A program made the position numbers and the translations under genes. Source: Gemmatimonadales bacterium (GTDB lineage: Bacteria > Gemmatimonadota > Gemmatimonadetes > Gemmatimonadales > GWC2-71-9). Taken from it: a DNA stretch of 60,983 nt. Every line of letters begins with the position of its first letter. Position 1 is the first letter of the stretch. The notes under the pieces are model-generated. The model was not told the origin of the DNA. It saw nothing but the letters and a program-made list of their open reading frames with translations, and did not search any database. The DNA lies in assembly GCA_041613315.1 (NCBI GenBank), contig JBFJHJ010000017.1, forward strand, positions 1 through 60,983, in the 5' to 3' direction. Positions 11,625 through 22,093 of this stretch are shown here, one piece after another.

Positions 11625-11650
11625 GGATTGTGTGTTACACCGGAGGGTCG

Positions 11651-12910
11651 TCAGTCGATGCCGGCGACGGTCTGCGAAGAGAACGCGGCGAGGAGCCGTT
11701 CGTAATACGTGCGCACCGAATCGAACTCGGCGCGGCGCGGCGCCGCCAGAGGCTCGCCGTCGCCGAAGCGCACAGCGGTGCTGGGGTTCACGTGCCGCCC
11801 GTTCTTCAGGAACTCGTAGTGAACGTGCGGCGCGGTCGCGAGGCCCGTGGACCCCACAAAGCCGATCCGTTGGCCCTGGCGCACCCGCACGCCCGCCGTA
11901 ATGCCGCGCTCGATCAGGCTCATGTGCGCGTAGCGGGTCTCGATGCCCTTGGGATGCCGCAGGACGACGACGTACCCGTATCCGCCCCACCACCCCGCCC
12001 GCTCCACCACTCCGTCGCCGGTGGCCGTGATCTCGGTCCCTTTGACGGCCGCGTAGTCGACACCCAGGTGCGGGCGACTCTCCCTGAGGATGGGGTGGTA
12101 GCGGTTGCGGCTGAACCCGGACGACATCCGCCGAAAAGCGACCGGGTAGAGCTTGAACGCGCGCTTGAGGGACCGTCCCTCGGCATCGTAGTACACGTTG
12201 CCGCCATTCTCGATCGAGAGCACGTACGCCGTGTTCTCGGTTCCAGCCGTCTCGATGTCGGCCGCCAGGATGCGCCCGAACCGCACGTCACCCAGGGCGG
12301 ACGTGAGCCGTTCGTAGAGCACGCGGAAGTTGTCGCCCGGGTGGATGTCCCGGGTGAAGTCGATCACCCACCCAAACACGCCGTCGGCGAGCTCCCAGGC
12401 GAGCCGCACCCGCTCCTCCGGCGGCAGGATCGAGTCGGGGATCAGCGCCGTGACCGTCTCGTAGAGCGACGAGGTGATCTTGCCCTGCGCCGCCTCCATG
12501 TGGACGGTCCACACGATGCTCTCCGACGCGCCGCGCCACGTGCCGGTCGAGTCGCGCCGCACCGTGAGGAGGTGCTCGTCCCCGAGGCGCACGCTCACCT
12601 GGTCCGGCTGGTCGGCGCCGACCGGATAGCGGAAGCGGTAGATCTGCTCGGGACGCACGCGGCGGGGATCGAGTCCGTGCGCGGCGTCGAGCACGGCGAG
12701 CAGCTCGGCGCCGGCGATCCCGTGTCGCTCGAACAGGTGCGAGAGCGTCTCCTTCGGACGGAGGGCGTCGGTGGCTTCGTCGTACGCCGTCGTCACCAGG
12801 AGGGGGAGCGCCACGGGCAGGGCCCGCACGGGCCACGCTTCGCGCGCCGTCCAGACCGCGGCCAGCAGGATCACCGCGGCCCCCGCCAGGGGGAGCGCCC
12901 GCCGCCGCAT
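11651..12910 (-). CDS. M23 family peptidoglycan endopeptidase (MepM/ShyA-like)
   Basis: N-terminal signal/TM; zinc motifs HLGVD and PHVHYE; SSGF...YHPIL, YAHM, GSTGLAT. Confidence 0.9.
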   Translation of the reverse strand: MRRRALPLAGAAVILLAAVWTAREAWPVRALPVALPLLVTTAYDEATDALRPKETLSHLFERHGIAGAELLAVLDAAHGLDPRRVRPEQIYRFRYPVGADQPDQVSVRLGDEHLLTVRRDSTGTWRGASESIVWTVHMEAAQGKITSSLYETVTALIPDSILPPEERVRLAWELADGVFGWVIDFTRDIHPGDNFRVLYERLTSALGDVRFGRILAADIETAGTENTAYVLSIENGGNVYYDAEGRSLKRAFKLYPVAFRRMSSGFSRNRYHPILRESRPHLGVDYAAVKGTEITATGDGVVERAGWWGGYGYVVVLRHPKGIETRYAHMSLIERGITAGVRVRQGQRIGFVGSTGLATAPHVHYEFLKNGRHVNPSTAVRFGDGEPLAAPRRAEFDSVRTYYERLLAAFSSQTVAGID

Positions 12911-14049
12911 CAGTCCATCTGCCGCCGGATGAACGTCGGGATCTCCATGTCGGACACCTCGGGATCCGTCTCCACCGGCGCCGGCTTCGGCACGGTCGAG
13001 CCGCGCGGCACCGGGCGCGCGGCCCGCTGAGGGAAAGGGAGCACGCCCGGGGTGCCGGGGCGCCCGAACGGTCCCTCCTGTTTGGCCACCTCGCGGTCGA
13101 AGCCGGTGGCAATGACGGTCACCCGGATCTCGCCTTGCATCGCAGGGTCGTGCACGGCGCCGAAGATGATCTCGGCCTGGTCACCGGCGGCTTCGTGGAT
13201 CAGATCGCTGATCTGATTCACCTCGCCGAGGGTGAGGTCTTCACCACCCGTGATGTTCACGAGGACGCCGGTGGAGCCGCCGATCGAGACGTTGTCCAGC
13301 AGCGGGCTCGCGATCGCGTGCTGTGCCGCTTCCACCGCGCGGTCGTCGCCGCGCGAAACGCCGGTGCCCATGAGCGCCGATCCGCCGTTCTGCATCACGG
13401 TCCGGACATCGGCGAAGTCCACGTTCACGAGGCCGGTGATGCTAATCAGGGTCGAGATGCCTTGCGTCGCGTGGAGCAGCACCTCGTCCGCCTTCTTGAG
13501 CGCTTCCTGAAAGGGCACGTTTTTCCCCACGACGGCGAGGAGCCGCTCGTTCGGTACGACGATCATCGTGTCCACGTGCTTGCGCATCTCCGAGATCCCA
13601 ATCTCGGCCTGACGCATCCGCTTGCGGCCCTCGAACAGGAAGGGTCTGGTCACGATGCCCACCGTGAGCGCGCCAACGTCGCGCGCGAGCTGCGCGATGA
13701 CGGGCGCCGCCCCCGTGCCCGTGCCACCGCCCATGCCGCAGGTCACGAAGACGAGGTCCGCACCCTCCAGCACGCGCAACACGTCGTCCCGGTTCTCCTC
13801 GATGGCCTGGCGGCCGATCTCCGGACGCGCCCCGGCGCCGAGCCCGCGCGTGAGCTTCTTCCCGATCTGCACCTTCACATCGGCCTTGTTCTGCCGCAGG
13901 GCCTGCGCGTCGGTGTTGACCGAGATGAACTCGACACCGGTGAGGTGCTCATCGATCATGCGGTTCACCGCGTTGCCGCCCCCACCGCCCACGCCAGTCA
14001 CCCTCATGCGGGCGTTTTGCGAGACCGATTCCTCGAGTTCGAAGACCAT
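12910..14049 (-). CDS. ftsZ: Cell division protein FtsZ
   Basis: [10 protein letters not shown], tubulin signature GGGTGTG, NVDFAD, C-terminal EIPTFIRRQ. Confidence 0.99.
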   Translation of the reverse strand: MVFELEESVSQNARMRVTGVGGGGGNAVNRMIDEHLTGVEFISVNTDAQALRQNKADVKVQIGKKLTRGLGAGARPEIGRQAIEENRDDVLRVLEGADLVFVTCGMGGGTGTGAAPVIAQLARDVGALTVGIVTRPFLFEGRKRMRQAEIGISEMRKHVDTMIVVPNERLLAVVGKNVPFQEALKKADEVLLHATQGISTLISITGLVNVDFADVRTVMQNGGSALMGTGVSRGDDRAVEAAQHAIASPLLDNVSIGGSTGVLVNITGGEDLTLGEVNQISDLIHEAAGDQAEIIFGAVHDPAMQGEIRVTVIATGFDREVAKQEGPFGRPGTPGVLPFPQRAARPVPRGSTVPKPAPVETDPEVSDMEIPTFIRRQMD

Positions 14050-14070
14050 GGGCCCCTCGTCTTCCGCCGT

Positions 14071-15303
14071 TTAGAAGAAGTCCTGCAACCAGCGCTTGAC
14101 CGGGCCGAGAACGCGCTCGACCGTGCGATCGGCCGGTCCCTCCGCCTGGACGCGCTCCTGCGCGCCGTACAGCGCCAACCCCACCGGGACCGCGTAGCGC
14201 GGGGCCTGCACACTGTCGACCAGCCCCTTGATCCCCTGCTCCGGCGTCCCCTTCCGCACCGGCATCGCGAACACCTCGCGCCCCAACTCCAACAGGCCTG
14301 CCATCTGGGCGCCGCCGCCGGTGAGCACCACGCCGGCCGCCAACTCGCTGCCCAGCCCCGCCTTCGCGATCTCGTCCGCCACCAGCTCGAAGATCTCGCC
14401 GACGCGCTCCTGAATGATATGGGCCAGCACCTGCCGGCCGGCCCGCCGCACGCCCTGCCCCTGGGTCCCCGGGAGATCGATCTGTTCGTCCGGGTCGACC
14501 AGCGCCTCGTACGCCACGCCCCAGCGCTCCTTCAGCCGCTCCGCATCGCTCTGGGTGACGTTCAGCCCGTGCACGATGTCCTTCGTGACGTACGCTCCAG
14601 CAAACCGCGAGCTCGCGACGTGGCGCAGCTTGCCGTCGTGGAACACCGCCACCGTCGTCGACCCACCACCCAGGTCCACGAGGGCACACCCCAACTCCCG
14701 CTCATCGTCCGTCAGCACGGCCTGCGCGGCGGCCAGGGGTTCCAAGACGAGCGTCGTCACCTTGTAGCCGGCCCGCTCGACCGACCGACGCAGGTTCTGC
14801 GCCGGTCGCGCCTGGACGGCCACGAGCTGCATCTCCACCTCAAGCCGGATCCCCGTCATCCCGACGGGGTCGCTGATCCCGCCCTGCCGATCCACCGTGT
14901 ACTCCTGCGGCATCGGCAGGAGAAGCTCGTACTCCTCGCCCATGCTGACCGACTTGGCGACGTCGTGCACGCGCTCGACGTCTTGCGGCCGGATCTCCTC
15001 CCCCGCCACCGCCACCACACCGGTCGTGAGCTGCGTCCGCACGTTCTCCGCGGCCACACCACAGTAGACCGCCGGCACCGTCACACCCGCCATTCGCTCG
15101 GCGTCGCGCAGCGCTTGTTGAATCGCGCGGGTCGTCTCCTCGATGTCGCGCACGACCCCCCGGCGCACGCCTGTCGTCCGCGCCAGCCCCACCCCGAGGA
15201 TCTTCGCCCCCGACACCCGACCCTCTCCCAACGCATCCGCGATGACCGCGCAGGTCTTGGTGGTGCCGACGTCGAGCCCCGCGACCAGCGTGTCGCGCTT
15301 CAC
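14071..15303 (-). CDS. ftsA: Cell division protein FtsA
   Basis: GLDVGTTK, DLGGGST, AERLKE, VLTGGGA. GTG 15303 overlaps the ftsQ stop. Confidence 0.97.
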   Translation of the reverse strand: MKRDTLVAGLDVGTTKTCAVIADALGEGRVSGAKILGVGLARTTGVRRGVVRDIEETTRAIQQALRDAERMAGVTVPAVYCGVAAENVRTQLTTGVVAVAGEEIRPQDVERVHDVAKSVSMGEEYELLLPMPQEYTVDRQGGISDPVGMTGIRLEVEMQLVAVQARPAQNLRRSVERAGYKVTTLVLEPLAAAQAVLTDDERELGCALVDLGGGSTTVAVFHDGKLRHVASSRFAGAYVTKDIVHGLNVTQSDAERLKERWGVAYEALVDPDEQIDLPGTQGQGVRRAGRQVLAHIIQERVGEIFELVADEIAKAGLGSELAAGVVLTGGGAQMAGLLELGREVFAMPVRKGTPEQGIKGLVDSVQAPRYAVPVGLALYGAQERVQAEGPADRTVERVLGPVKRWLQDFF

Positions 15304-15980
15304 GCGCGAGCCCGCCGGACGACGACCCAACCGGCGAACCGGGCGTCGAGCGCGTCGAATGGCCGTCGGGTCAGCGCCAGGTGGCGCCGGACCGTCTCCA
15401 CGGCGCGGATATCGAACGTCGTCGGTATAGCCCGCAACAGCACCTGCTGTCGTCCGAGTTCGAGGATCACCGTGTCGTGGTCGCCGAGGCGCGCGGCATC
15501 CACCTCCTGAAACAGGACCGAGTCGGCGACTCGCACCAGCGCCAGCGTGCTCACGAGCACCGAGTCGGCGCGCCGGATCAGCGGGAGGTCGAGCCCCGTC
15601 GCCGCGGGATCGTACGGGAGCGGCGCACCGTCGCCGTCGACCGCGACCAGGCCCTCCGGACCCGGGACAAACGCCACCGGGAGCCGCTCGACGAACACGA
15701 GCCGCAGCGTTCCCGGCAGGCGGCGCTCCACCCGCACGTCCACGACGCCCGGCAGCGCCGCCGCCCGCCGCTCGAGCCCGCGGGCGCGGTCGAACAGATT
15801 CCGGTCCGCCGCGATCGCGAGCGCGTCCAACACACGCTCGGGCGCTTGGTAGCGCAGCCCCACCAGCTCCACGCGCCGCACGCGAAAGAACGCCACCTGG
15901 CGGAGCAGCAACGGTGCCAGCAGCCAGACCGCCGCCCCCACGAGCACTACCAGGGCGACGAAGCGCACCCGCGCCGTCAT
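15300..15980 (-). CDS. ftsQ: Cell division protein FtsQ/DivIB
   Basis: N-terminal TM, POTRA-like segment (FRVRRVELVG...RRLPGTLRL..VER), C-terminal LDARF; lies before ftsA. Confidence 0.85.
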   Translation of the reverse strand: MTARVRFVALVVLVGAAVWLLAPLLLRQVAFFRVRRVELVGLRYQAPERVLDALAIAADRNLFDRARGLERRAAALPGVVDVRVERRLPGTLRLVFVERLPVAFVPGPEGLVAVDGDGAPLPYDPAATGLDLPLIRRADSVLVSTLALVRVADSVLFQEVDAARLGDHDTVILELGRQQVLLRAIPTTFDIRAVETVRRHLALTRRPFDALDARFAGWVVVRRARA

Positions 15981-17356
15981 GCCGGACGTTCCGCGCCCCG
16001 GCGGACGAACTCCCTCCCCACCTCCGTCACATCCCCCGCCCCGAGCGTGAGCACGACGTCACCGGTCCGGACGAGCCCCTCCAGCTCCGCCACCAGCGCG
16101 GCGCGCTCGGGCACCCAGTGCACGGCCGCGCCCGCCCGGCGCGCGGCGTCGGCCACGAGGCGGCCGCTCACGCCGGGCAGCGGCGCCTCCCGCGCCGCGT
16201 ACACCTCGGTCACCACCACGACATCGGCGGCGGAGAGCGTGATCCCCATCGCCTCCCCCAGGGCGCGCGTGCGCGAGAAGAGGTGCGGCTGAAATACGAC
16301 CACGAGCCGCGCCTCCGGATAACGCTGCCGCGCCGCCCCCAGGGTCGCGGCCACCTCGGACGGATGGTGAGCGTAGTCGTCCACCACCGTAACGCCGCGG
16401 ACCGTTCCCAGAGTCTCGAAGCGCCGCCCGACCCCGGTGAACGCCGCGAGCGCGTCGAGCGCCGGATCCACATCCGCCCCTACCGCCACCACCGCGCCGA
16501 CCGCCATCGCCGCGTTGCGCACGTTGTGGAGCCCGGGCACCGCCAGGGCCAGCCGCCGGGTGGCGCCGTCCGGCAGCGTCAGCTTCGCAGTTGTCCGGTC
16601 CGCGTCGCGCCGCACGGCCGTCACGCGCAGCTCCGCGAAGGTCGCGAGGCCCACCCGCCACACCGGTGGGCGGAGCGCGCGCGCCACCCGCTGGGCACCG
16701 GCATCATCGGCGCCGACCAGCACCCGTTCGGCGCGATCCGCGAACTCGCGAAACGCCGCCTCCAGCGCGTCGAGGGACCCGTAACACTCCATGTGGTCCG
16801 CCTCGACGTTGGTCACGACGGCCACCGTCGGCCGCAATGACAGGAACGCGCGGTCGTATTCGTCGGCTTCCACGACGAACAGCGCGTCGGACCCGATCCG
16901 CGCGTTCCCGCCCCACCCCGCCACACGCCCGCCCGCGAGCGCCGTCGGGTCCCGGCCGGCTGCCCCCAGCGCGTCGGCGATCATCGCCGTGGTCGTCGTC
17001 TTGCCGTGCGTCCCCGCCACCGCGATGACCGTCCCGCCCTCGACCGCCGCCTGCAAGGCGTCTGCCCGGCGCACCACAGGTATGCCGGCGGCCCTGGCGG
17101 CCGCCAACTCGGCATGGTCGGACGGGACCGCAGCCGTGTAAACCACGGCACGAGCACCAGTTACGTGCCCCGAATCGTGCCCCGCGACTATCTGGGCACC
17201 CAATTGGGCCAGTTCGGCAGCCCCGCTCGGGTGGGTATCACAGCCGGTTACTGGCACCCCGCGGCGCCTGGCTATGAGCGCCAGCGCACTCATCCCCGCG
17301 CCCGCTATCCCCATGAAGTGGATGGGCCGGGGATCGTTCGGGGTGAACAGGTGCAT
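15977..17356 (-). CDS. murC: UDP-N-acetylmuramate--L-alanine ligase
   Basis: GIAGAGMS, GTHGKTTT, EADEYD, DDYAHHP, FQPH, GAGD. Confidence 0.97.
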   Translation of the reverse strand: MHLFTPNDPRPIHFMGIAGAGMSALALIARRRGVPVTGCDTHPSGAAELAQLGAQIVAGHDSGHVTGARAVVYTAAVPSDHAELAAARAAGIPVVRRADALQAAVEGGTVIAVAGTHGKTTTTAMIADALGAAGRDPTALAGGRVAGWGGNARIGSDALFVVEADEYDRAFLSLRPTVAVVTNVEADHMECYGSLDALEAAFREFADRAERVLVGADDAGAQRVARALRPPVWRVGLATFAELRVTAVRRDADRTTAKLTLPDGATRRLALAVPGLHNVRNAAMAVGAVVAVGADVDPALDALAAFTGVGRRFETLGTVRGVTVVDDYAHHPSEVAATLGAARQRYPEARLVVVFQPHLFSRTRALGEAMGITLSAADVVVVTEVYAAREAPLPGVSGRLVADAARRAGAAVHWVPERAALVAELEGLVRTGDVVLTLGAGDVTEVGREFVRRGAERPA

Positions 17357-17368
17357 CGGTGGGGAGCC

Positions 17369-17397
17369 AATATAAGACGAAGCCGAAAGTTGCGAAA
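17369..17397 (-). promoter_or_regulatory. Possible internal promoter for murC-ftsQAZ
   Basis: AT-rich 51-bp gap with TATATT 12 nt before the murC ATG; weak -35 (TTTCGC at N17). Confidence 0.45.
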
Positions 17398-17407
17398 GGT
17401 TTTGGAC

Positions 17408-18499
17408 TTAGCTCACTAGGCCGAGCAACGTCCGGGCGATCTGTTGGGCCGCATCCGGGCGCCCGCGGGCGAGCGCCTCGCGTCGCATCGCCTCCCGACG
17501 GGTGGGGTCGGCGAGGAGACTGCCGATTTGACCGGTCAGCGTTTCGACGCTCAGAGCAGCCTCAGGAAGGTGAATCGCGGCGCCGGCGCTGGCCAGCGCC
17601 TGGGCGTTTCGCGCCTGATGGTCGGCCGCCGCCGTCGGCAGCGGCACGAGCACGGCCGGCAGCCCCCAGGCGCAGAGCTCGGCGGTGGACATCGCGCCCG
17701 CCCGAGCGATCACGACGTTGGCTGCGGCGTACGCCTCGGCCACCGGATCCCAAAACGGTCGGACTTGGCGTCGGGGCGGGGCGTGATAGTGCCGGAACCG
17801 CTCCCACGTCAGAGCCCCGGTGCTCCACAGCAGGGTGACGTCGCCCAGCGCGTCCGTGTCGAGCGCCTGCGCGACGACCTCGTTGATCGCCCGCGCCCCC
17901 TGGCTCCCGCCCATCACGAACAGCACCGGCTTGTCCGGCACGCCGAGCCGCGCGCGGGCGCCCGCAGCATCCGGCCGCGGATCGGGAGGCGGGACGATCG
18001 GATTGCCGTACGTGAACACCGCCGTGTGTGGGCCGGGCCGCAGATGTACGCGCGCCTCAGGGAAGCCCAGGTGGATTTGCCGCGCGCGCGGCGCGAGCCA
18101 CCGGGTCGTGACCCCCGGGAGGGCGTTCTGCTCCTGCAAGGCGATCGGGATGCCGGCCCGGTGGGCGGCGAACAGGATGGGGCCGGCGGCGTAACCACCC
18201 GTGCCCACCGCCAGCGCGGGCCGCTCGTCCCGAATGATGCGCCGGCAGGCAAAGGCGAGGCGCCACGCGACCAGCGGCCATCGCACGTTCTTCCACCAGT
18301 GCCGGCGATACACCGGCTCGGCCGGGATCAAGTAGTGCCGGATCGTCCGCGACGGCAGCAGGGTGGCTTCGACGCCGCGCCGCGCGCCCACCAGGACGGG
18401 CTCGACGTCCGCGCGCTCCCGGGCGAGCGCCTCGGCCAGGGCCAGGGCGGGCATGAGATGCCCCCCGGTCCCGCCCCCGGCGATCAGGACGCCGGTCAC
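17408..18499 (-). CDS. murG: Lipid II GlcNAc transferase MurG
   Basis: GGGTGGH, GTGGY, EQNALPG, GGSQGA, RAGA, HQARNA. GTG start at 18499. Confidence 0.97.
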   Translation of the reverse strand: MTGVLIAGGGTGGHLMPALALAEALARERADVEPVLVGARRGVEATLLPSRTIRHYLIPAEPVYRRHWWKNVRWPLVAWRLAFACRRIIRDERPALAVGTGGYAAGPILFAAHRAGIPIALQEQNALPGVTTRWLAPRARQIHLGFPEARVHLRPGPHTAVFTYGNPIVPPPDPRPDAAGARARLGVPDKPVLFVMGGSQGARAINEVVAQALDTDALGDVTLLWSTGALTWERFRHYHAPPRRQVRPFWDPVAEAYAAANVVIARAGAMSTAELCAWGLPAVLVPLPTAAADHQARNAQALASAGAAIHLPEAALSVETLTGQIGSLLADPTRREAMRREALARGRPDAAQQIARTLLGLVS

Positions 18500-19629
18500 G
18501 CGGCGCGCGCCGTCGGTCGTCGGGCGGCCACGCTGACCAGCACGCCGGTGGCGAACAGCGAGACGATCAGGCCGGAGCGCCCGTACGAGACGAACGGCAG
18601 CGAGATGCCCGTCGTCGGGATGAGGTTCACGGTCACGGCGATATGCAGGATGGCGGCGAGGCCGATCATCACGGTGAGGCCGGTCGCGAGGAGCATCCCG
18701 AAGGTGTCCGGTGCGGTGCGGGCGATGCGAAAGCCCAGCGTGACGTAGACGGCGTACAGGCAGACGATAAGCGCGGCCCCCAGAAACCCCCACTCCTCGG
18801 CGATGGTGCTGAAGATGAAGTCCGAATAGGCATAGGGTAGGTAGCCCAGCTTCTGCAGGCCTTCGCCGAACCCGACGCCGAAGAGGCCGCCGGCGCCGAT
18901 GCCGGTAAGCGATTGGCTGATCTGCCAGCTCGTCTCGCCGCCGCCCGTCCCGTCGCTCAGAAACCCCACCATCCGTGCGAGGCGGTACTGCACCGACACG
19001 ATCTGATGCCAGAGCACGGCGGCGAGGGCGAGGCCGAGGACGAGAAAGTGCCCGACCCGGGCCTCGGCCGTGAAGAGCACGGTGCCGGCGAGGAGGGTCA
19101 GGATGAGCGCGGTCGAGAGGTCGGGTTCGAGCACCACGAGCCCCGCGATCGGCACGACGATCGCCAGAAACGGCAGCAGGCCGCGCCGGAAGTCGCGCAC
19201 GGCGACGCCCTTCTTCGTCGCGAGCATCGCGGTCCACGCGACGATCGCGAACTTCGCGAATTCCGAGGGCTGCAGCGTCAGGAACCCGAGATCGATCCAG
19301 CGGCGGGCGCCGTTCACCTCGGGAGCGATCCCGCGGGCAAATGGGAGCAGCGGCACGAGGAGCAGGAGCGCCACGGCCCCCAGCACCATCCACGCCGCGC
19401 GTTGCCACACGTGATAGTCGGCTCGGGCCGCGACGACCAGCAGGACGATCCCGAGCACGAGGCCGATGAGCTGCCGCAGGGCGAAGATCGCTCCCGGCTG
19501 TCCATTGCGCACCGCCCAGATGCTCGAGGCGCCGTACACCGCCGCGACGCCGAAGACCGCGAGCGTCGCCGCCACGATTCCCAGGAGCCGACCTTCCCAG
19601 GCGCCCGACAGGGCGATGGCCGCCTTCAC
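18496..19629 (-). CDS. ftsW: SEDS peptidoglycan polymerase FtsW
   Basis: NGARRWI, QPSEFAK, EPD, SDFIF, EEWG, PTTGISLPFVSYG. GTG start at 19629. Confidence 0.95.
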   Translation of the reverse strand: MKAAIALSGAWEGRLLGIVAATLAVFGVAAVYGASSIWAVRNGQPGAIFALRQLIGLVLGIVLLVVAARADYHVWQRAAWMVLGAVALLLLVPLLPFARGIAPEVNGARRWIDLGFLTLQPSEFAKFAIVAWTAMLATKKGVAVRDFRRGLLPFLAIVVPIAGLVVLEPDLSTALILTLLAGTVLFTAEARVGHFLVLGLALAAVLWHQIVSVQYRLARMVGFLSDGTGGGETSWQISQSLTGIGAGGLFGVGFGEGLQKLGYLPYAYSDFIFSTIAEEWGFLGAALIVCLYAVYVTLGFRIARTAPDTFGMLLATGLTVMIGLAAILHIAVTVNLIPTTGISLPFVSYGRSGLIVSLFATGVLVSVAARRPTARAA

Positions 19630-20975
19630 CCTGCCGCCGCCAGCCGGCGAAACCGCTCGCCGCGCTCCTCGAAGTTGGCGAACTGGTCGAAGCTCGCGCA
19701 GGCGGGTGCGAGCAGGAGGGCGTCGCCCGGCCGGGCGCGGTCGGCCGCCGCGCGCACGGCCTCGTCGAACGGTCCGATCACGACGAGCGGCGGGCCGCCC
19801 GCCAGCGCTGCGGCGAGGTCGGGGCCGGCTTCGCCGTAGGCGACGACGGCGCGACACCGCTCGTCCAGGCCGTCGCGGAGCAATCCGTACTCCTCGCCCT
19901 TGGCGCGCCCGCCCACGAGCAGGACGAACGGCCGCGTCATGCTCGCGACAGCCGTGCGGGCCGACGCCACGTTGGTCGCTTTCGAGTCGTTGATCCACAC
20001 GACCCCGGCCACGTCCGCGACGGGTTCGAGGCGGTGGGGCGGCGAGCGGAAGCGGCACAGCGCGTCGGCGAGCGCGGGCCGTGCCACGCCGGCGGCGGCG
20101 GCGGCCAGGGCGGCAGCCAGCGCGTTCGCGACGTTGTGATCGCCGAGGAGGGGGAGGGCGGACCGGTCGAGCAGCCGCGCATCCCCGAGCATCAAGCGGT
20201 CCGCACCGCGATCATACCACGCGTCGGCGCGCCGGGTCACGCTGAACAGGCGGCGGACGCCACGGGCGCCGGCGGCGAGCTCCAACACGGCGGGATCATC
20301 GGCATTCAGGACCCACACCGATCGGTCGTCCGCATTGCGAAACAGCAGCCGCTTGTCCGCGTAGTACGCGGCGAGCGTGCCGTAGCGGTCCAGGTGGTCG
20401 GGCGCCAGGTTGGTGAGAATGCCGACCGCCGGTGCCAAGTGCGGGGCATCGTGCAGCTGGTACGACGACGCCTCCACGGCGATCCACTCGGGCCGCTCGG
20501 GGAGCCCGGCAAGCTCGATGAGCGGCCGACCGATATTCCCCGCCGCGGCGGAGCGGCGTCCACCCGCCTCGAGGAGATGCGCGACCAGCGCCGTCGTGGT
20601 CGTCTTCCCGTTGGTCCCGGTCACGACGATGAGGTGCGCGCCTTCGAGCGCCCGGGCCGCAAGGTCGAGTTCCGCCACGACCTCGATCCCGGCCGCGCGC
20701 GCGGCGGCCACCGGGGGCGCGGCGGCCGGGACGCCAGGAGAGACGACCACGGCCGCGGCGCGGCGGATCCGCTCGAGGTCGTGGCGGCCGGCCTCCGTCG
20801 TCACCCCGGGGAGGGCCGCGAGTGCCGCCGCGGCGGCCTGTACCGACGCGGCGTCTCCCGCATCCGACGCGTAGACGTCGATCCCTTGGGCCGCGAGCCA
20901 GCGTGCCGCCGCCGTCCCGCTCCGCCCCAGCCCGATCACCGCGACCTCCCCCCGGCGCCAGGCCTCCGGAATCAT
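19626..20975 (-). CDS. murD: UDP-MurNAc-L-Ala--D-glutamate ligase
   Basis: GLGRSG, SPG, GTNGKTTT, GNIG, DHLDRY, NDSKATN, PACASFDQF. Confidence 0.97.
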   Translation of the reverse strand: MIPEAWRRGEVAVIGLGRSGTAAARWLAAQGIDVYASDAGDAASVQAAAAALAALPGVTTEAGRHDLERIRRAAAVVVSPGVPAAAPPVAAARAAGIEVVAELDLAARALEGAHLIVVTGTNGKTTTTALVAHLLEAGGRRSAAAGNIGRPLIELAGLPERPEWIAVEASSYQLHDAPHLAPAVGILTNLAPDHLDRYGTLAAYYADKRLLFRNADDRSVWVLNADDPAVLELAAGARGVRRLFSVTRRADAWYDRGADRLMLGDARLLDRSALPLLGDHNVANALAAALAAAAAGVARPALADALCRFRSPPHRLEPVADVAGVVWINDSKATNVASARTAVASMTRPFVLLVGGRAKGEEYGLLRDGLDERCRAVVAYGEAGPDLAAALAGGPPLVVIGPFDEAVRAAADRARPGDALLLAPACASFDQFANFEERGERFRRLAAAG

Positions 20976-22093
20976 CGGACCTTGAGCGTGGAGAGCGCGA
21001 GCAGCGCGCACAGAATACCGATGATGTACAGCCGGGCCACGACTTTCGACTCGGGCCACCCGAGTTGTTCGAAATGGTGGTGCAGCGGCGCCATGCGGAA
21101 GACGCGATGCTGATCGGCGTATTCCCGGCCGCGGCGCCGCTTATGCCAGCGGTACACGCCGGACTGGATGATGACCGAGAACGTCTCGGCGGCGAACACG
21201 CCGCCCGCCAGGAGCAACAAGAACTCGGACTTGAGCAGGATCGCCACCGTGCCAAACGCGCCGCCGATCGCGAGGCTCCCCGTGTCCCCCATGAACACCT
21301 GTGCCGGATGCGCGTTGTACCAGAGAAACCCCAAGGCCGCACCCATCAGGCTCGCGCAGAAGATCGTGAGCTCCCCCGCGCCGCGCAGGAAGTACACGTT
21401 CAGGTACCCCGCCGCATCGAACCGCCCGAACAGGTAAGCGAAGATCGCGAACGCGCCCGCCGCGATGGCCGTGAGACCGGTGGCGAGGCCGTCCAGGCCG
21501 TCGGTCAGGTTCACGGCGTTGCTGGTGCCCGTCATGACGAACGCCACGAACGCGACGTACAGCACCGGTGGGAGCGTGACCAGCACGTACTTGAAGAACG
21601 GCAGGGTGGTCGAGTTCGCCGGCAGGTTGTCGGCCAGCGGGAAGGACAGGAGGTAGAGGCCGAGCACGATCCCGAACGTCACCTGGCCCACCAGTTTGTA
21701 GCGCGCCACCAGACCACGTGACTTTCCTTCCACAAACTTGAGATAGTCGTCCACGAACCCGATGCAGCCCATCCACAGCGTCGCGATCGCCGCAACCACC
21801 ACGTACCGGTTGTCGAGCCGGGCCCACAGCAGCGTGGGCACCAGGATGGACACGAGGAGAATGAGCCCGCCCATCGTCGGCGTCCCGCGCTTCGTCTGAT
21901 GCGACGCCGGTCCCTCGGCTCGGATCACCTGGCCCACGTGGCGCGCCCGCAACCTCCGAATGATCGCGGGGCCGATGACGAAGGCCAGCACGATGGCGGT
22001 CACGGTCGCGCCCGCCGCGCGAAACGTGATGTAGTTGAACAGGTTGAAGGCGATGTGCTGCGACGCCAGCGGGGCTAGGAAGTGGTAGAGCAC
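20972..22093 (-). CDS. mraY: Phospho-MurNAc-pentapeptide transferase
   Basis: KRGTPTMGG, DDY, NAVNLTDGLDGL, FMGDTGS, MAPLHHHFE. Confidence 0.98.
   Translation of the reverse strand: MLYHFLAPLASQHIAFNLFNYITFRAAGATVTAIVLAFVIGPAIIRRLRARHVGQVIRAEGPASHQTKRGTPTMGGLILLVSILVPTLLWARLDNRYVVVAAIATLWMGCIGFVDDYLKFVEGKSRGLVARYKLVGQVTFGIVLGLYLLSFPLADNLPANSTTLPFFKYVLVTLPPVLYVAFVAFVMTGTSNAVNLTDGLDGLATGLTAIAAGAFAIFAYLFGRFDAAGYLNVYFLRGAGELTIFCASLMGAALGFLWYNAHPAQVFMGDTGSLAIGGAFGTVAILLKSEFLLLLAGGVFAAETFSVIIQSGVYRWHKRRRGREYADQHRVFRMAPLHHHFEQLGWPESKVVARLYIIGILCALLALSTLKVR

Noticed and set aside
17408..21059. Apparent N-terminal extensions or fusions of murG, ftsW and murD (likewise ileS, yggS, rsmH, alr)
   Set aside because: Artefacts of longest-ORF calling; motif-consistent starts lie downstream and usually overlap the upstream stop.
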